64,000 nt of DNA from Candidatus Fermentibacteraceae bacterium (GTDB lineage: Bacteria; Fermentibacterota; Fermentibacteria; Fermentibacterales; JCC-6): NCBI GenBank assembly GCA_041750285.1, contig JBGSZS010000011.1, forward strand, positions 32,001-96,000, given 5' to 3'. The translations under genes were made by a program, and so were the position numbers. Below, piece by piece: positions 25,094 to 33,663 of the stretch (position 1 is its first letter; each line of letters opens with the position of its first letter). Below the pieces are notes generated by a model that made no database searches, was not told the origin of the DNA, and was given only the letters and a program-made list of their open reading frames with translations.

Positions 25094-26302
25094 TCAATGC
25101 CCCGCAACAGCGCCCGGGTACTCACGAAGCGCCTGCTTGAGGATTCCAAGCGCCTTGCGCATGTCGTCGTCGTTTATCACGTAGGCGAGCCTGATCTCGT
25201 CCTCTCCCTTGCCGGGCGTCGCGTAGAAGCCCGCTGCGGGGGAAACCATCACCGTTGCGCCGTCTACGCTGAAATCGGAGAGAAGCCACGCCGCGAACCT
25301 GTCCGCGTTGTCCACCGGTACCCTGATCGTGGCGTAGAAGGCTCCTTCCGGTCTGAGGAAGAAAACGCCCGGTACCCCTTCCAGTTCCTGCATGAGCAGG
25401 TCGCGGCGGCGCTGGTAGGTAAGGGCCACGTCATGGTAGTAGGAGGCTCCGAGGTTCTCATAGATCCAGGCGGCTCCGTACTGGGCCATGGTGGGGGGGC
25501 AGAGCCTCGCCTGTCCGAGCTTGAGAATGCCTGCCATGACGTCATCGTTGAGGCAGATGAGGTTGCCGAGCCTTGCTCCGCAGCTGCTGAACCTCTTGCT
25601 GATGGAATCCATGACCATTACGCGGTCGGCGATTCCGGGGAACTCAAGGACTGAAACGTGGCTGCCGCCGTCGAAAACGAAGTCGCGGTAGACCTCGTCG
25701 GAAAGGAGGAACAGGTCGTGCTTTTCAACGATGTCCGCAAGTACGCCAATCTCCTCCCTGCCGAGTACCGTGCCGGTCGGGTTGTTGGGGCTGCAGATGA
25801 GGATGGCCTGCGTGCGGGGGGTGATGACGGCCTCGATGGCTTCCCTCGGAGGAAGATGAAAACCGTTCTCGACGGAGCTGGTCACCGGCACCAGTGTGAT
25901 GCCGGCCATGGATGCGAAGCCGTTGTAGTTCGTATAGAAGGGCTCGAAGCACACTACTTCACCGCCGTGGCTGCACGCCGCCATGAAGGCGAAGTACACG
26001 GCCTCGCTCCCGCCGGTGGTGATCATCACACGGTCGTCGGGAACCCTTATGCCGGCCCTTTCGTAGTAACCGGAAATGGCTTTTCTGAGAACGGCAAGCC
26101 CCTGGCTGGGGCCGTATGCAAGAACCCTGGGCTCGCTTTCCCTGATTGCCTGCCAGTAGTTCTGCGGTGTTGGGATGTCGGGCTGGCCGATATTGAGATG
26201 ATATACCTTCGTTCCCCTTCTCTCCGCCGCATCGGAGAGGGGGGTCAGTTTGCGGATCGGGGATGCCTGCATCGAGGCCACCCTTGCGCTGAGCTGAGCC
26301 AT
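25094..26302 (-). CDS. PLP-dependent aminotransferase class I/II (aspartate aminotransferase-like)
   Basis: HLNIGQPD, TTGGSEA, NNPTG, SDEVY and SISKRFSSCGARLG motifs. Confidence 0.95.
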   Translation of the reverse strand: MAQLSARVASMQASPIRKLTPLSDAAERRGTKVYHLNIGQPDIPTPQNYWQAIRESEPRVLAYGPSQGLAVLRKAISGYYERAGIRVPDDRVMITTGGSEAVYFAFMAACSHGGEVVCFEPFYTNYNGFASMAGITLVPVTSSVENGFHLPPREAIEAVITPRTQAILICSPNNPTGTVLGREEIGVLADIVEKHDLFLLSDEVYRDFVFDGGSHVSVLEFPGIADRVMVMDSISKRFSSCGARLGNLICLNDDVMAGILKLGQARLCPPTMAQYGAAWIYENLGASYYHDVALTYQRRRDLLMQELEGVPGVFFLRPEGAFYATIRVPVDNADRFAAWLLSDFSVDGATVMVSPAAGFYATPGKGEDEIRLAYVINDDDMRKALGILKQALREYPGAVAGH

Positions 26303-26362
26303 TTGAGCCTCCTGTGGAATAGCCTGTGAGTGTTCGGGGATTATACAACTTATATTCCGGCC

Positions 26363-27175
26363 ATGAGTGCCGGTGGCCGGAAACTGGTTGTAAGGACCTG
26401 TGAACTCCCCATAAGGGGGAGTTGGGATGACTGCATGGAAAGGGCTGTCAAAGCCTGTTCCATTGCACCCCTCCCCGATGTTTCATTGCTTCCCGAGCTG
26501 TTCACAATCGGTTTTGTGATGGACAGGATCGAAGGGGCAGCGCTGGCCCCCTCCGACCTTTCCGGCCTACCCCTCGCACTTGCCGCACGGGAGTGCGGAA
26601 CATGGGTCCTCGGAGGGTCATTCCCCGTTCGAACCACCAGGGGCATCGTGAACACAATGCCCGTCTTCTCGCCTTCAGGCTCGCTCGTCCATATCGTCGA
26701 GAAGATTCACCTCTTCAGGAACATGCATGAGGATGCAGCGTTCACGGGGGGGCTTCCAACTGGTGTGTTTGATCTCCAAGGCATTGAGGCGGGGGCTGCG
26801 GTATGCTACGATCTCCGCTTTCCCGAGGTTTTTCGTGACCTTGCCCTCGGGGGTGCGCGCATCATCTTCGTGGCAGCCCAGTGGCCCCTCCAGCGCCGCA
26901 GGGTTTTCCGATGCCTGCTTCAGGCAAGGGCCTCCGAAGCACAGGTGTTCACCGTGGGATGCAACCTCGGGGGCGACCATCTGGGTTCGAAGTTCAGGGG
27001 CGGGGGAGGGGTATGCGCACCTTCGGGAGATTTCCTGAAGGGCGGAAGGGTGGCTCCGGGTGTGACCGACTACGAACTGGACATGGGGCTCGTCGAGCTT
27101 GAAAGAAAAAGGATCGACTGTCTTTCCGACAGAAGGCCCGAAGTCTACGGAACGATCACGGAGGCGGTGAAATGA
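26363..27175 (+). CDS. Carbon-nitrogen hydrolase (nitrilase family)
   Basis: Catalytic triad context LPELF, KIHLF and VCYDLRFPE. Confidence 0.9.
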   Translation: MSAGGRKLVVRTCELPIRGSWDDCMERAVKACSIAPLPDVSLLPELFTIGFVMDRIEGAALAPSDLSGLPLALAARECGTWVLGGSFPVRTTRGIVNTMPVFSPSGSLVHIVEKIHLFRNMHEDAAFTGGLPTGVFDLQGIEAGAAVCYDLRFPEVFRDLALGGARIIFVAAQWPLQRRRVFRCLLQARASEAQVFTVGCNLGGDHLGSKFRGGGGVCAPSGDFLKGGRVAPGVTDYELDMGLVELERKRIDCLSDRRPEVYGTITEAVK

Positions 27176-28365
27176 ACCAGGGGCTCGGAAAGACGATTGC
27201 GGTCTCCCTCTCCATAATGGCCCTTCTGGCTCTGGGAGTCGTTCTCAAGGTAATGGCGGGCGTCTTCACCCAGATCACCATCGCGCTGTTCGCGATGTTC
27301 CTTGTCGAACCGGCCGTGGGCCGGGCGACCTTCGTGATCGACCGTCTCCTTCAGAAGCTTTCCCCGGCACGAAGGAGAAGGAGACCTTCGGACAGGAAGA
27401 AGAGCCATCTCGCAGAGTTCATGGGTTCGCTGATCGTAATCCTCCTGGCCCTTGCACTGGTGGCCTTCGCGATCCTCATACTCTACGCCGCCGGCAACAT
27501 GCTGCTTGACCGCAAGGCCGATCTCGTGACCAATGTCGTCGAACCCGTCGTGGCATTCATCAACGGTGTTCAGAACAACTGGCTGCCCGAGATGTACAGG
27601 TCGATGGGCGTGGAGGAGGCCGCTCAGCCCGTTCCTGTCGGCATCCTTCCCGTCAAATCGTCTCCGGCCGACTCACTGGACACTTCACCGATGGCCGTCT
27701 TCGATGATGCGATAGGAAGTTTCTCCATTGCCTCGCTGGTTCCCACCGCGGCGAACCTTCTTGGATCGCTTTCCGCCCTGCTCATGAAGGTGGCCATCGT
27801 CACCATGCTCACGGTATTCATGCTCAGCGGCAGAAGGCTGTTCTCCGAAAAGCTCACTGAGCTGAACATAGTGGAGCGGGAGAAGATAGAGAAGGTGCTC
27901 TCCAGGGTCGAGGGCGTTCCAAGAAGGTATCTCGTCGCCAAACTCTTCGCGAGCCTTCTCACGGGGATCCTCGTGGGTTCGGTCCTCCTGCTGTGGCTTG
28001 AACCCGGCGATGCATTCATCTGGGGCTTCATCGCCATGGTCATGGACTTCATTCCCTTCTTCGGCTCCCTGATCTCCGTGACCCTCATCGCGCTCTACAC
28101 CCTTTCCGTCGCGGGATTGCGGGGTCTTTGGGCGGCACCCGTCGTGATCGTCGTTAACAACATCGTCTCGAACGTGATAGAACCCAATTATTTCGGCAGG
28201 GTTCTTCCCATAGGCAAACTGACTGTTCTCATGTGCGTGCTTTTCTGGGGGTATCTCTGGGGACTGACCGGTGTCCTGCTGGCGGTTCCCATCACAATCA
28301 TGCTCAAGGAGTTCATTGAGCAGGTCTTCGGACGCAACGCCTTCACCGTTGCGATGGAGGTATGA
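27172..28365 (+). CDS. AI-2E family transporter
   Basis: Multi-TM, FIPFFGS, NVIEP and FWG.LWG..GVLLAVP motifs. Confidence 0.9.
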   Translation: MNQGLGKTIAVSLSIMALLALGVVLKVMAGVFTQITIALFAMFLVEPAVGRATFVIDRLLQKLSPARRRRRPSDRKKSHLAEFMGSLIVILLALALVAFAILILYAAGNMLLDRKADLVTNVVEPVVAFINGVQNNWLPEMYRSMGVEEAAQPVPVGILPVKSSPADSLDTSPMAVFDDAIGSFSIASLVPTAANLLGSLSALLMKVAIVTMLTVFMLSGRRLFSEKLTELNIVEREKIEKVLSRVEGVPRRYLVAKLFASLLTGILVGSVLLLWLEPGDAFIWGFIAMVMDFIPFFGSLISVTLIALYTLSVAGLRGLWAAPVVIVVNNIVSNVIEPNYFGRVLPIGKLTVLMCVLFWGYLWGLTGVLLAVPITIMLKEFIEQVFGRNAFTVAMEV

Positions 28366-30677
28366 TGCCGGGCTTGTTGCTTAACTCGATCCTCCTCGTT
28401 CTGTCCGCGAACGGGATAACGTTTACGTGGTCAACGCAGTCGCAGCCCATCGTGACCGGCACCGTCATTGGCCAGCGCGTACACCTTCAGGGTGTGCCAT
28501 CCGTTGCCAGTCCGGGAGCGCCGCTGCTGCCCCTTGCACCGCTGATGGTGGTACTCCCCGCCGGCGCAACGGCCGACAGCGTAACCTTCAACGTCACAGG
28601 ATCATCCGTGTTTCCATCGAGGGTAAGGCCGTCTCCCGCACAGCGGGGTGTACCCATTTCGAGATACTCCGATTTCGAGTTCACTCCCGAGAACCCCGAG
28701 GCGTATTCCCGAAGCACCGATGTGGTGGCCAGACTGGAAGGTCAGGGTACCCTCATGGGGTATCCGGTTGCGGAAATCGTTGTCAGGCCCGTTTCATGGA
28801 ATCCTGAAACCTCTCTTCTTACGGTGACTTGCGCCATGGATGTAACCGTTCACTACCACTTCGGGGGGCAGATCCAGGGCCCGAGGGCAAGGGGAGCCCT
28901 CGGGTCGCTTGTCGCCGCAGATGTGGTCAGGCGTGCCGTCATCAACCCGCAGGATGTGGTTCCGTATCCCGTCACTGAAGACCTCCCGTGGGGAGAGTAT
29001 CTCATCGTAACATCCGGCGCGCTCGAGGCGGCATTTGAACCTCTTGCGGAGTGGAAGACCCTCAAGGGCGTGCCTGCGCGAATAGTGACAATGGACTACA
29101 TTGACGACGCGTATTCGGGGGTCGATGCGGCCCAGCGGCTGAGGTTCTTCCTGTGGGATGTCTTCCAGGGAACACCCCCGACATTCATCCTGCTCGCGGG
29201 CGACACTCCGGGAGTGCCCCACCGGAACTGCTACGCCACTGCCGAGGGCTACGTTGACTACCCTTCGGCCGACATCTACTTCCAGGACATGAACGACACG
29301 GCTCCCGGCGTCGATGCCTGGGACATGAACGGCAACGGTGTCTGGGGCGAGCTGAACGGGGTGGACAACCTCGACTACCACCCTGATTACATCATCGGCA
29401 GGGCATCCGTGGAGAACACATCTGAGGCTGCCCTGTTCATCGGCAAGGTCCTTGCCTACGAGAGCGCGCCCGACACTCCGGCGTGGTACAACTCAATGGG
29501 CTTCACCACTTCCGTTCTCTGGAGCAGTCCATACTGTCCGGGCTGCGCCGGCAAGGAAAAGGTGGACACCCTTTACACTCCCGAGGGATGGTCGATCACC
29601 AAACTCTACGAAGACTGGGGAACGCAGAGTTACGCCGCGACGATGAACATGCTCAACCAGGGCATGCACCTCGTGAACCACGCCGGACACGGCAGCGAAA
29701 CCTACGTGTCCATAGGCTCGGGAGGTCTTTCAAACTCCGACTTCATGGGGCTCGTGAACATCTCCCAGAACGGAAGACCGTCGATCTGGAACACCATTGC
29801 CTGTCTCTCCGGTTCCTTCGACACCGGGACCTGCCTTGCCGAGGCGTGGATCCGCTCACCGGGCGGGGGCGGGTTCTGCATCATGAACACCCGCTACGGC
29901 TGGGGTGAACCCTCCGATCCGGGCAACCAGTGGAGTGAACTGGTCGATCAGGAGTTCTTCGCCAACTTTTTCGTCGAGGACGCCTTCTACCTGGGCGATG
30001 CGGCCATGACCGCAAAGGACGACTTCGTCGCCCTCATCCCATCCGACACGCACTACGACTGGATCGCAAAGAGCAACACCCTTTTCGGCGACCCCGAGCT
30101 GCCCATGTGGCTCCAGGTCCCGCAGACACTGGAGATCGGACCGGTGACACTGAACGAAGGACAGACAGACCTCGAAGTGAGCGTTGAAAGCGGGGGAGCT
30201 CCTCTCGCCGGCGCAAGGGTCTGCCTCATGCAGGGTGAGTGGGATGATCCGGTCACGTACGTCACCGGCACCACCGATGCATCGGGCCAGGCAACGCTTC
30301 TTTTTCCTCTGCTTCCCGCAATACCCGACTCGGCTTCGGTAACTGTCTGGGCCCGGGATCATGTCACCACGTCATTGAGGGTGGCCATCGGCAATCTCGG
30401 AGTGGAGGGACAGGGTTCGTCCGGTGTCCCCTCGCTCCAGATCACATCCCCGGTTCCCGCCATGACGGTAGTGAGCCTCAGGTGGTCATCTCCGACGCCA
30501 TGCGCCATCTCCCTTTACGATCTGGCCGGCAGGATCGTCATGAACCTGGGTTCAGGCCTTCTTGGCGAAGGAGAGGCCTCATTCAGCGCCCGTCACGTTC
30601 CGGCAGGGGTATACTTCATCAGGCTCGATGCCGAAGGCACCGGGACCCTCACGGAGAGACTGGTGGTGATCCGTTGA
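28362..30677 (+). CDS. C25 (gingipain-family) cysteine peptidase with propeptide and T9SS-type C-terminal domain
   Basis: YLIVT...PLAEWK..KG, LAGD, SADIYF, IGRASV, NHAGHG, IACLSG and LFGDP motifs; tail LYDLAGR...GVYFIRL...RLVVIR. Confidence 0.9.
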   Translation: MMPGLLLNSILLVLSANGITFTWSTQSQPIVTGTVIGQRVHLQGVPSVASPGAPLLPLAPLMVVLPAGATADSVTFNVTGSSVFPSRVRPSPAQRGVPISRYSDFEFTPENPEAYSRSTDVVARLEGQGTLMGYPVAEIVVRPVSWNPETSLLTVTCAMDVTVHYHFGGQIQGPRARGALGSLVAADVVRRAVINPQDVVPYPVTEDLPWGEYLIVTSGALEAAFEPLAEWKTLKGVPARIVTMDYIDDAYSGVDAAQRLRFFLWDVFQGTPPTFILLAGDTPGVPHRNCYATAEGYVDYPSADIYFQDMNDTAPGVDAWDMNGNGVWGELNGVDNLDYHPDYIIGRASVENTSEAALFIGKVLAYESAPDTPAWYNSMGFTTSVLWSSPYCPGCAGKEKVDTLYTPEGWSITKLYEDWGTQSYAATMNMLNQGMHLVNHAGHGSETYVSIGSGGLSNSDFMGLVNISQNGRPSIWNTIACLSGSFDTGTCLAEAWIRSPGGGGFCIMNTRYGWGEPSDPGNQWSELVDQEFFANFFVEDAFYLGDAAMTAKDDFVALIPSDTHYDWIAKSNTLFGDPELPMWLQVPQTLEIGPVTLNEGQTDLEVSVESGGAPLAGARVCLMQGEWDDPVTYVTGTTDASGQATLLFPLLPAIPDSASVTVWARDHVTTSLRVAIGNLGVEGQGSSGVPSLQITSPVPAMTVVSLRWSSPTPCAISLYDLAGRIVMNLGSGLLGEGEASFSARHVPAGVYFIRLDAEGTGTLTERLVVIR

Positions 30678-30991
30678 CCCTGCGTGTCGTGCCGCTTCTT
30701 CCAATGGCGCTTTTCCTGGGATGCATGAACACGCCCGAAGCCGTTCGCAACCAGTGCAGGGCCAACATGAACACCCTTTCGTCCGATATGGCCATGTTCA
30801 GGGTGACCACCGGCTTCTGGACCGACGACATCGTTTCACTTGACAGCTCCGCGGGACGAAGCGTTCCCCTGGTCTGTCCCGAATGCGGCGAACCCTACGG
30901 GATAACGATTCACGAGCAGGGCTACGTCCTGAGCTGTCCTGGATCCCTCCACGGAAGCATAGACACCGGAACACAGGACTGGAGCCGATAG
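30674..30991 (+). CDS. Hypothetical lipoprotein with pilin-like/Cys-containing domain
   Basis: TTG start overlapping upstream TGA; lipobox FLGC; CRANM...CPECG...SCP..HG. Confidence 0.65.
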   Translation: MTLRVVPLLPMALFLGCMNTPEAVRNQCRANMNTLSSDMAMFRVTTGFWTDDIVSLDSSAGRSVPLVCPECGEPYGITIHEQGYVLSCPGSLHGSIDTGTQDWSR

Positions 30992-30998
30992 GAGGACC

Positions 30999-31424
30999 AT
31001 GCAGGTACTGAGGAAGGAAAACGGGATAACGCTTCTCAGATTCGACAGGGGCGAGCCCTTTCCACAAACCCTGAAGGAGTACTGCTCGCAGAGCGGTCTC
31101 GAATCGGGTGTGGTGCTCTGCGGCATCGGAATGCTTTCAAACACCACCATCGGCAGGTACGACGGGACCGAGTATTCCACGACGGTTCTCTCTGATTCTC
31201 TGGAAGTCCTCTCCCTTCAGGGGAACATATCCATGAAGGAGGGCGAGCCCTTCGTTCACCTTCATGCATCCCTTGCGGACCATGATTTTACGGCCAGGGG
31301 AGGCCACCTTTTCGATGCCACCGTTTCGATGGTGATCGAACTAGCGATAGCCGAACTTTCTCCGGGACTAGTCAGGCAACCCATGGGCGGAGCCTTCTGG
31401 AGGCTCGAGCCGGCCAAAACTTGA
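30999..31424 (+). CDS. PPC domain (DUF296) protein
   Basis: LRFDRGE, GIG, EVLSLQGNIS, HLHASL and GGHL motifs. Confidence 0.92.
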   Translation: MQVLRKENGITLLRFDRGEPFPQTLKEYCSQSGLESGVVLCGIGMLSNTTIGRYDGTEYSTTVLSDSLEVLSLQGNISMKEGEPFVHLHASLADHDFTARGGHLFDATVSMVIELAIAELSPGLVRQPMGGAFWRLEPAKT

Positions 31425-31448
31425 CATCATGGGTGCAGGGGTTATGTT
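31421..31448 (+). promoter_or_regulatory. Putative promoter of tRNA-Ala
   Basis: TTGACA-16 nt-TATGTT, 15 nt before the tRNA. Confidence 0.5.
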
Positions 31449-31463
31449 TCTGCGGCTTTCTAT

Positions 31464-31540
31464 GGGGCTTTAGCTCAGTTGGCTAGAGCGCTTGACTGGC
31501 AGTCAAGAGGTCAGGGGTTCGACTCCCCTAAGCTCCACCA
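31464..31540 (+). tRNA. tRNA-Ala(GGC)
   Basis: Cloverleaf with G3:U70 pair, anticodon arm CTTGA-CTGGCAG-TCAAG, TTCGA loop, encoded CCA. Confidence 0.97.
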
Positions 31541-31578
31541 GTATTTTTGCGGCGGCTTCGGCCGCCGCATCCCCTTAG

Positions 31579-31607
31579 TTGACGGCTGTCAAGGGGTTGC
31601 ATATTGT
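31579..31607 (+). promoter_or_regulatory. Putative promoter of the HU-bS22 unit
   Basis: TTGACG-17 nt-TATTGT; the -35 lies within the palindrome TTGAC-N4-GTCAA. Confidence 0.45.
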
Positions 31608-31705
31608 GCGGGCATTGTCTATCTTACCCGCTCTTGAAACTTTGAAAGAAGTTATAGTTCTGGCATACAAGCATATCTCTCACTCTGACCGATGCGGGAG
31701 GAAAA

Positions 31706-31981
31706 ATGACCAAGGCTGACATCGTCGCAAGCATCGCCGACAAGACAGGGCTGACCAAAAAGGAAGTAGCCTTCGTGGTCAACAGGTTCTTCGAGGAAGT
31801 CAAGGACGCAATGTTCTCTAAGGAGCACATTGAGATCCGTGGCTTCGGCACGTTCAAGGTCGTGGAAAGAAACGAACGCAAGGCCCGCAACCCGCACAGC
31901 GGCGAAACCGTTCTCGTTCCCAGGCGCTCAGTTCCCGTGTTCAAGCCGTCCCGCTCGGTAAAGGAAAGGGTGGCAAAGTAA
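31706..31981 (+). CDS. hup: HU/IHF family DNA-binding protein
   Basis: MTKADIV, IEIRGFGTF, RKARNP.SGE and PVFKPS motifs. Confidence 0.95.
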   Translation: MTKADIVASIADKTGLTKKEVAFVVNRFFEEVKDAMFSKEHIEIRGFGTFKVVERNERKARNPHSGETVLVPRRSVPVFKPSRSVKERVAK

Positions 31982-31982
31982 A

Positions 31983-32078
31983 GTGCCCAATGGAAGAAAG
32001 CGCAAGCGACAGAAGATCGCAAATCACAAGCGTAAGAAAAGGCGTCGCGCCAACAGGCACAAGAAGAAGATCCGTTAG
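31983..32078 (+). CDS. 30S ribosomal protein bS22 (AURKAIP1/COX24-like), absent from the ORF track
   Basis: MPNGRKRKRQKIANHKRKKRRRANRHKKKIR matches the MP.G.KRKR.K...HKRKKR.R.NRHKK pattern. Confidence 0.9.
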   Translation: MPNGRKRKRQKIANHKRKKRRRANRHKKKIR

Positions 32079-32081
32079 AAA

Positions 32082-32567
32082 TTGATTGTAGCGGTTCTTT
32101 CCGATACGCATGTTCCCACACGGGCCGGCAACCTGCCCGGAAGAGTTTACGAGGTCTGCTGCGAGGCAGACCTCGTCCTTCATTGCGGCGATTTCGTCGA
32201 ACCGGAGGTATACCGCGACCTGCAGCGTTTCGCCCCCGTCACGGGTGTGCTGGGCAACATGGACGGTTACGGCCTCCGTGCCATCCTTCCCGAAACCCTC
32301 ACGTTCACGCTCGAAGGCGTCAAGGTATGCATGACACATGGCTCAGGCCCCCGGACCGGTCTTCGGGAAAGGGTGAGGGCCCTGTTTGAACCGGAGGACC
32401 CGGGGATCATCCTTTTCGGCCATTCCCACCGGTTCACCGAGTACAGGGAGAGCGGTCTTCTGATGCTCAACCCCGGTGCGGTCGAGGGAAGCAGGGGTTG
32501 CAGGTCGATGGCGCTCCTCACCATTGGCAATGGCGCCGAACCCTCTGTTGAACAGATACTCTTCTGA
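32082..32567 (+). CDS. YfcE/MJ0936 family metallophosphoesterase
   Basis: SDTH, HCGD, GNMD, THG, FGHSH and NPG motifs. Confidence 0.93.
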   Translation: MIVAVLSDTHVPTRAGNLPGRVYEVCCEADLVLHCGDFVEPEVYRDLQRFAPVTGVLGNMDGYGLRAILPETLTFTLEGVKVCMTHGSGPRTGLRERVRALFEPEDPGIILFGHSHRFTEYRESGLLMLNPGAVEGSRGCRSMALLTIGNGAEPSVEQILF

Positions 32568-32568
32568 C

Positions 32569-32597
32569 TTGAAACAGGGGACCCGACAGGTTATCTT
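32569..32597 (+). promoter_or_regulatory. Putative promoter of tRNA-Arg
   Basis: TTGAAA-17 nt-TATCTT. Confidence 0.5.
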
Positions 32598-32608
32598 ACA
32601 GGCTCATT

Positions 32609-32684
<76 letters not shown>

Positions 32685-32688
32685 GTCG

Positions 32689-32724
32689 ATGGAGGGGCGC
32701 TGTTCGGCGTCCCTCCATTTCTTT
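32689..32724 (+). terminator. Rho-independent terminator after tRNA-Arg
   Basis: ATGGAGGGGCGCTG-TT-CGGCGTCCCTCCAT hairpin followed by TTCTTT. Confidence 0.8.
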
Positions 32725-32913
32725 GACCTTGTATCAGATGCAGGATGACAGGCCGTTACAGACTCTCCAAACGAAATGCGAAGCTTGACAATCGAGAACG
32801 CTGTGGAATAGAGTTACGATAACAGCCAAACCTGTGTTGCGGCGGCAGCGTCAGGAACATTCCCGGCACGTCGCTCCACAACAGGGTTTCGCATTGAACG
32901 GAGGTAGAAGAGG

Positions 32914-33555
32914 ATGTCATCAAAGGGGTCTTTCTTCTTGATTGCTGCTCTGATGGTGTTTGCAGCTTTCGCAAACGCCGGTGAGCTTCCCGCCACCGCC
33001 GGCCCGAGCTGGCAGTACGCACCCGTGGCGCAGGGCACCGACATGGGTTCCAGCATTCCCCTCTACAACGACCGGGTTGATTCAGCCATCGACCAGAACC
33101 AGCCCAGCGGATCAACCTACATCGCGGCGTTCAGCCAGACCGGCCTCGCCCAGTCATTCCAGCAGACTAACACCAACATCAACGGTGCCGGTATCCTTCT
33201 CCAGGCCTCCGTCGGCTCAAGCGCTCCCGTCACCATCCAGCTCTGGACAAACCTTCCGAATGCCGGGGGTTCCATGCTGGCTGAAGCCACCGCTACAGGC
33301 ACTGCGGGGACATGGGTCGACGTATACTGGACCTACGTCACTGTCACCCCCGCGACCACGTACTATCTGGTGTTCACCGGCAACACGAGTCTGGGAATAG
33401 CCGGCGAGATAAACAATCCCTACGCCTTCGGCCAGTGCTACGCAAACGCTGGTTACGGTTCGTACCCGAACTTCGATTACGCCTTCAGGACCTTCTACCA
33501 GTTGGACGTCGCCCTTTCCCGCGACACCTGGGCGGGTGTGAAGAGCTCCTTCTAG
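32914..33555 (+). CDS. Secreted beta-rich protein with C-terminal TWxxVK tail
   Basis: Signal peptide ending AFANA; AQSF, TTYYLV and DYAFRTF segments; ends ALSRDTWAGVKSSF. Confidence 0.85.
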   Translation: MSSKGSFFLIAALMVFAAFANAGELPATAGPSWQYAPVAQGTDMGSSIPLYNDRVDSAIDQNQPSGSTYIAAFSQTGLAQSFQQTNTNINGAGILLQASVGSSAPVTIQLWTNLPNAGGSMLAEATATGTAGTWVDVYWTYVTVTPATTYYLVFTGNTSLGIAGEINNPYAFGQCYANAGYGSYPNFDYAFRTFYQLDVALSRDTWAGVKSSF

Positions 33556-33573
33556 CACACCCGTTTTGTAAGG

Positions 33574-33605
33574 GAGGCCCGGGCCGCAAAGCCCGGGCCT
33601 CTTTT
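33574..33605 (+). terminator. Rho-independent terminator
   Basis: GAGGCCCGGGC-CGCAAA-GCCCGGGCCTC followed by TTTT. Confidence 0.85.
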
Positions 33606-33612
33606 CGATATC

Positions 33613-33646
33613 AAGAGAGCGGCCCGCTCCTTTCGGAACGGGCCGC
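33613..33646 (-). terminator. Terminator of the S8 peptidase gene
   Basis: Minus strand GCGGCCCGTTCC-GAAA-GGAGCGGGCCGC followed by TCTCTT. Confidence 0.65.
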
Positions 33647-33663
33647 ACGCGTCTCTTCAGTTG

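Noticed and set aside
31548..31569. GC hairpin with a UUCG loop after tRNA-Ala as an intrinsic terminator
   Set aside because: The stem is real but no U tract follows on either strand, so it was not called as a terminator
32815..32900. c-di-GMP-I riboswitch in the leader (GCCAAACC...GGG)
   Set aside because: It lacks the GNRA tetraloop/receptor and GCAAA-P2 architecture; kept only as a generic hairpin
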